This document shows, in pieces, positions 1 to 64,000 of a stretch of 64,000 nt of DNA. A model generated the notes under the pieces. That model searched no databases. It was not told where the DNA came from and worked only from the letters and a program-made list of their open reading frames with translations. Position 1 is the first letter of the stretch. Each line of letters begins with the position of its first letter. The translations under genes were made by a program, and so were the position numbers. Source of the stretch: Chrysomallon squamiferum (lineage: Eukaryota > Animalia > Mollusca); contig CM022671.1 in assembly GCA_012295275.1 (NCBI GenBank), positions 16,554,001-16,618,000 of the forward strand, read 5' to 3'.

Positions 1-249
1 ACGTACATAGACCAGTTGTATGGCTGAATCAATCCAACGATAAATACTTAATTAATTTGGACTATATACATATATATATATACCTAAGTATTTTTTAAAT
101 TTTATTATAAAATGTATCCGACATTCCTGAAACTGGATAGCGGTTATTATGTTATCACAACGTTTTCTTTGGGTTTTTTTTTTTCATATTTGAAACTTAA
201 ATTCAAAGTGCTGTTTAGCAAAATGATAAACATTGGCACTTTGTGTGTG

Positions 250-295
<46 letters not shown>

Positions 296-1068
296 TACGT
301 ACGTTTGTTGGTAGGTATGTACGTACACACAAAGACACACACACAAACACACACACACTTTTTTTTTTTTTTTTTAACCTGGCGACAGAAGAAAGAAATA
401 ACCTAAGCCCAAAGAATGCAATAACAGTCGGGTCGAGTCAACAGATTGAGACAGGTAATTAGGTAAACTTCAGAAACATCAATGGTTGAGGTATTGTGTC
501 ATATACCCCATGCCGCGACACACACAAACACACATTTAGACATACTATATACATACAATGAAGAAAAGAGAGAAGAAAAAAAAAAGAGAGAGAGAGAAGT
601 TTGGCAGATTTATTGCGAAATGATAAACTGCAAAAGTCCTCATTGTGATTTGGTTTGCTTTGTTAAAACCCAGTTAAAATTTTTCAATACATAAATAAAG
701 AAATAAAGAAAGAAAGAACGAAAGTAAGAAGAAGAAAAAGAATGACGTTTTCAGTTATTCTGGAACAGTTCAGATAACCCGAACAGTAAGGGAAAAATCG
801 TATTTATTTTCACTGTTTGAGAATAAGATACTTCTTTTCAGTTATTTTCTCTTTACATCTTTGCCTTGTTTTTGTTATTATTTATAATCTTTATTTTATT
901 TATCCTTCAGTGTATCATTTATCTTGTAATATTTAAAAGAGTCAATTATTCATTTTATTTTACTTATTTCAATACAAATTAATGATAAAAAGAACAATTC
1001 AAATGCATATAATACATTTTTTAAACAACAAAAAACATACAATATTACTTCTTGATTATGACCTGTTC

Positions 1069-1142
<74 letters not shown>

Positions 1143-1214
1143 TTTTAATTTCCTTATCCATCACTATGGTTTAGTTATTCTTATCATCATTATTACTGTT
1201 ACTACTACTACCAC

Positions 1215-1262
<48 letters not shown>

Positions 1263-1373
1263 ATGCAAACAAGGATGTATTAATTTTATTAAATATACAA
1301 CATAAACTGGACTGATAAATGCAAGCACTTCAACCGACAATAGTTTTATATTTTTAGAACAGAAACAATCAAA

Positions 1374-1381
1374 TGACGTCA
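1374..1381. promoter_or_regulatory. Palindromic CRE-like site TGACGTCA about 200 bp upstream of the putative ATG
   Basis: Exact CREB/ATF consensus in the presumed promoter; function inferred only. Confidence 0.35.
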
Positions 1382-1582
1382 GATTTAATCGCGGAGTTTG
1401 TTTTAAATGGCAAAAATGTGAGGTAATATTTACTGGGGCAGTTAAAAGAACAAAAAACTATTTAAAAAACCAAAAAGTGTAAAGAAAAAATAGCAAAACG
1501 TTAAAGAAGAAAAAAAAAAAAAAAAAACAACAACACTGCTTCTGTTTTCAACTAAGTTAGCCGAAGAACTTTTGTTTTGATT

Positions 1583-63344
<61,762 letters not shown>

Positions 63345-63411
63345 GTTTATAAACTTTTCTTTAATGTTTAATATTTTACACAGTGTTTTAGTACCAAGGA
63401 ATGTTTTAATA

Positions 63412-63726
63412 CAGGTTGAGTATCCCTTAACTGAAATACAAAAATACAAAACGCTTCGAAATCCAAAGCCTTTTCCTAGCAGCAGAAATAAAAAATATCT
63501 TACAGTTTTCAGACTTTTTACACATACAAACCGTATTTTATGCACAAAATTATTAAAAATATTATTTCAAAAATCATCCAGACTGCCTGTGTAAATGGTA
63601 TAGGAAAAATAAATGGAATTCATATTTAGATGTAAATTCTATCTCCTTTTATTCTAAAATGCAAAATATTCTGAAATCAGAAACACTGCCAGTCCCAACC
63701 ATTCTGGATAAAGGATTCACAGCCTG
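63412..63726 (+). mobile_element. pogo/Tigger-like MITE, copy 2
   Basis: TA|CAGGTTGAGTATCCCTTA ... GGATAAAGGATTCACAGCCTG|TA: TIRs with TA target duplication, 315 bp. Confidence 0.8.
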
Positions 63727-64000
63727 TACTATAAATTATTTTAATGTCCTAAAATATTTTGATATTATAAAATCATTTTATGTCAAAAAAATGTTTTCAT
63801 ATCTCAAAATGTGGTTTTGAAATATTTAAATAGTTTAAAATATTTTTATAATATACTGACTAGCTTTAAAATGTTGTGAAATGTCTATTAGTGTATAATC
63901 AATGGTTTAACATTATACATGTTATAAAATGTTTAATATTATAAACTAATTTTATCTCATAAAGTATTTTTGTATTGTAAAATGTTTACTGTTATAAAAA

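Noticed and set aside
370-470. Possible upstream or divergent non-coding exon (cag|gtaatt on +, cag|gttaaa on -)
   Set aside because: Only isolated donor-like motifs; cannot be supported without transcript data.
112-1305. Short ORFs such as [17 protein letters not shown] and THTHTH here and throughout the window
   Set aside because: Translations of (GT)n, (AG)n, (ATT)n and (AC)n microsatellites.

Overview
This is AT-rich animal genomic DNA, probably from a mollusc or another lophotrochozoan (inferred from SINE remnants and microsatellite load; not proven). Almost the whole window is one + strand gene for a single-headed inner-arm axonemal dynein heavy chain of the DNAH3/7/12 clade, with DNAH3-like motifs. 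I traced 59 GT-AG exons by hand from a putative ATG at 1583 through the tail, linker, AAA1-AAA4 and stalk/MTBD to 63344; the gene continues beyond the window. Splice phases join cleanly except at two places: a garbled, duplicated exon 9 (16163-16409) and a phase mismatch entering the AAA3 exon (50303). Two patterns stand out. (1) Three frame-preserving candidate microexons (42, 33 and 24 nt) sit in the two long introns between AAA2 and AAA3, next to a cluster of TGCATG motifs. (2) Many unrelated tandem repeats are anchored on exon boundaries and copy the splice donor or acceptor itself, giving arrays of decoy splice sites. The introns also hold pogo/Tigger-like, Tc1/mariner-like and piggyBac-like MITEs, a decayed transposase, Nin-type SINE remnants and many microsatellites. 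All homology statements are from recall; no search was run.
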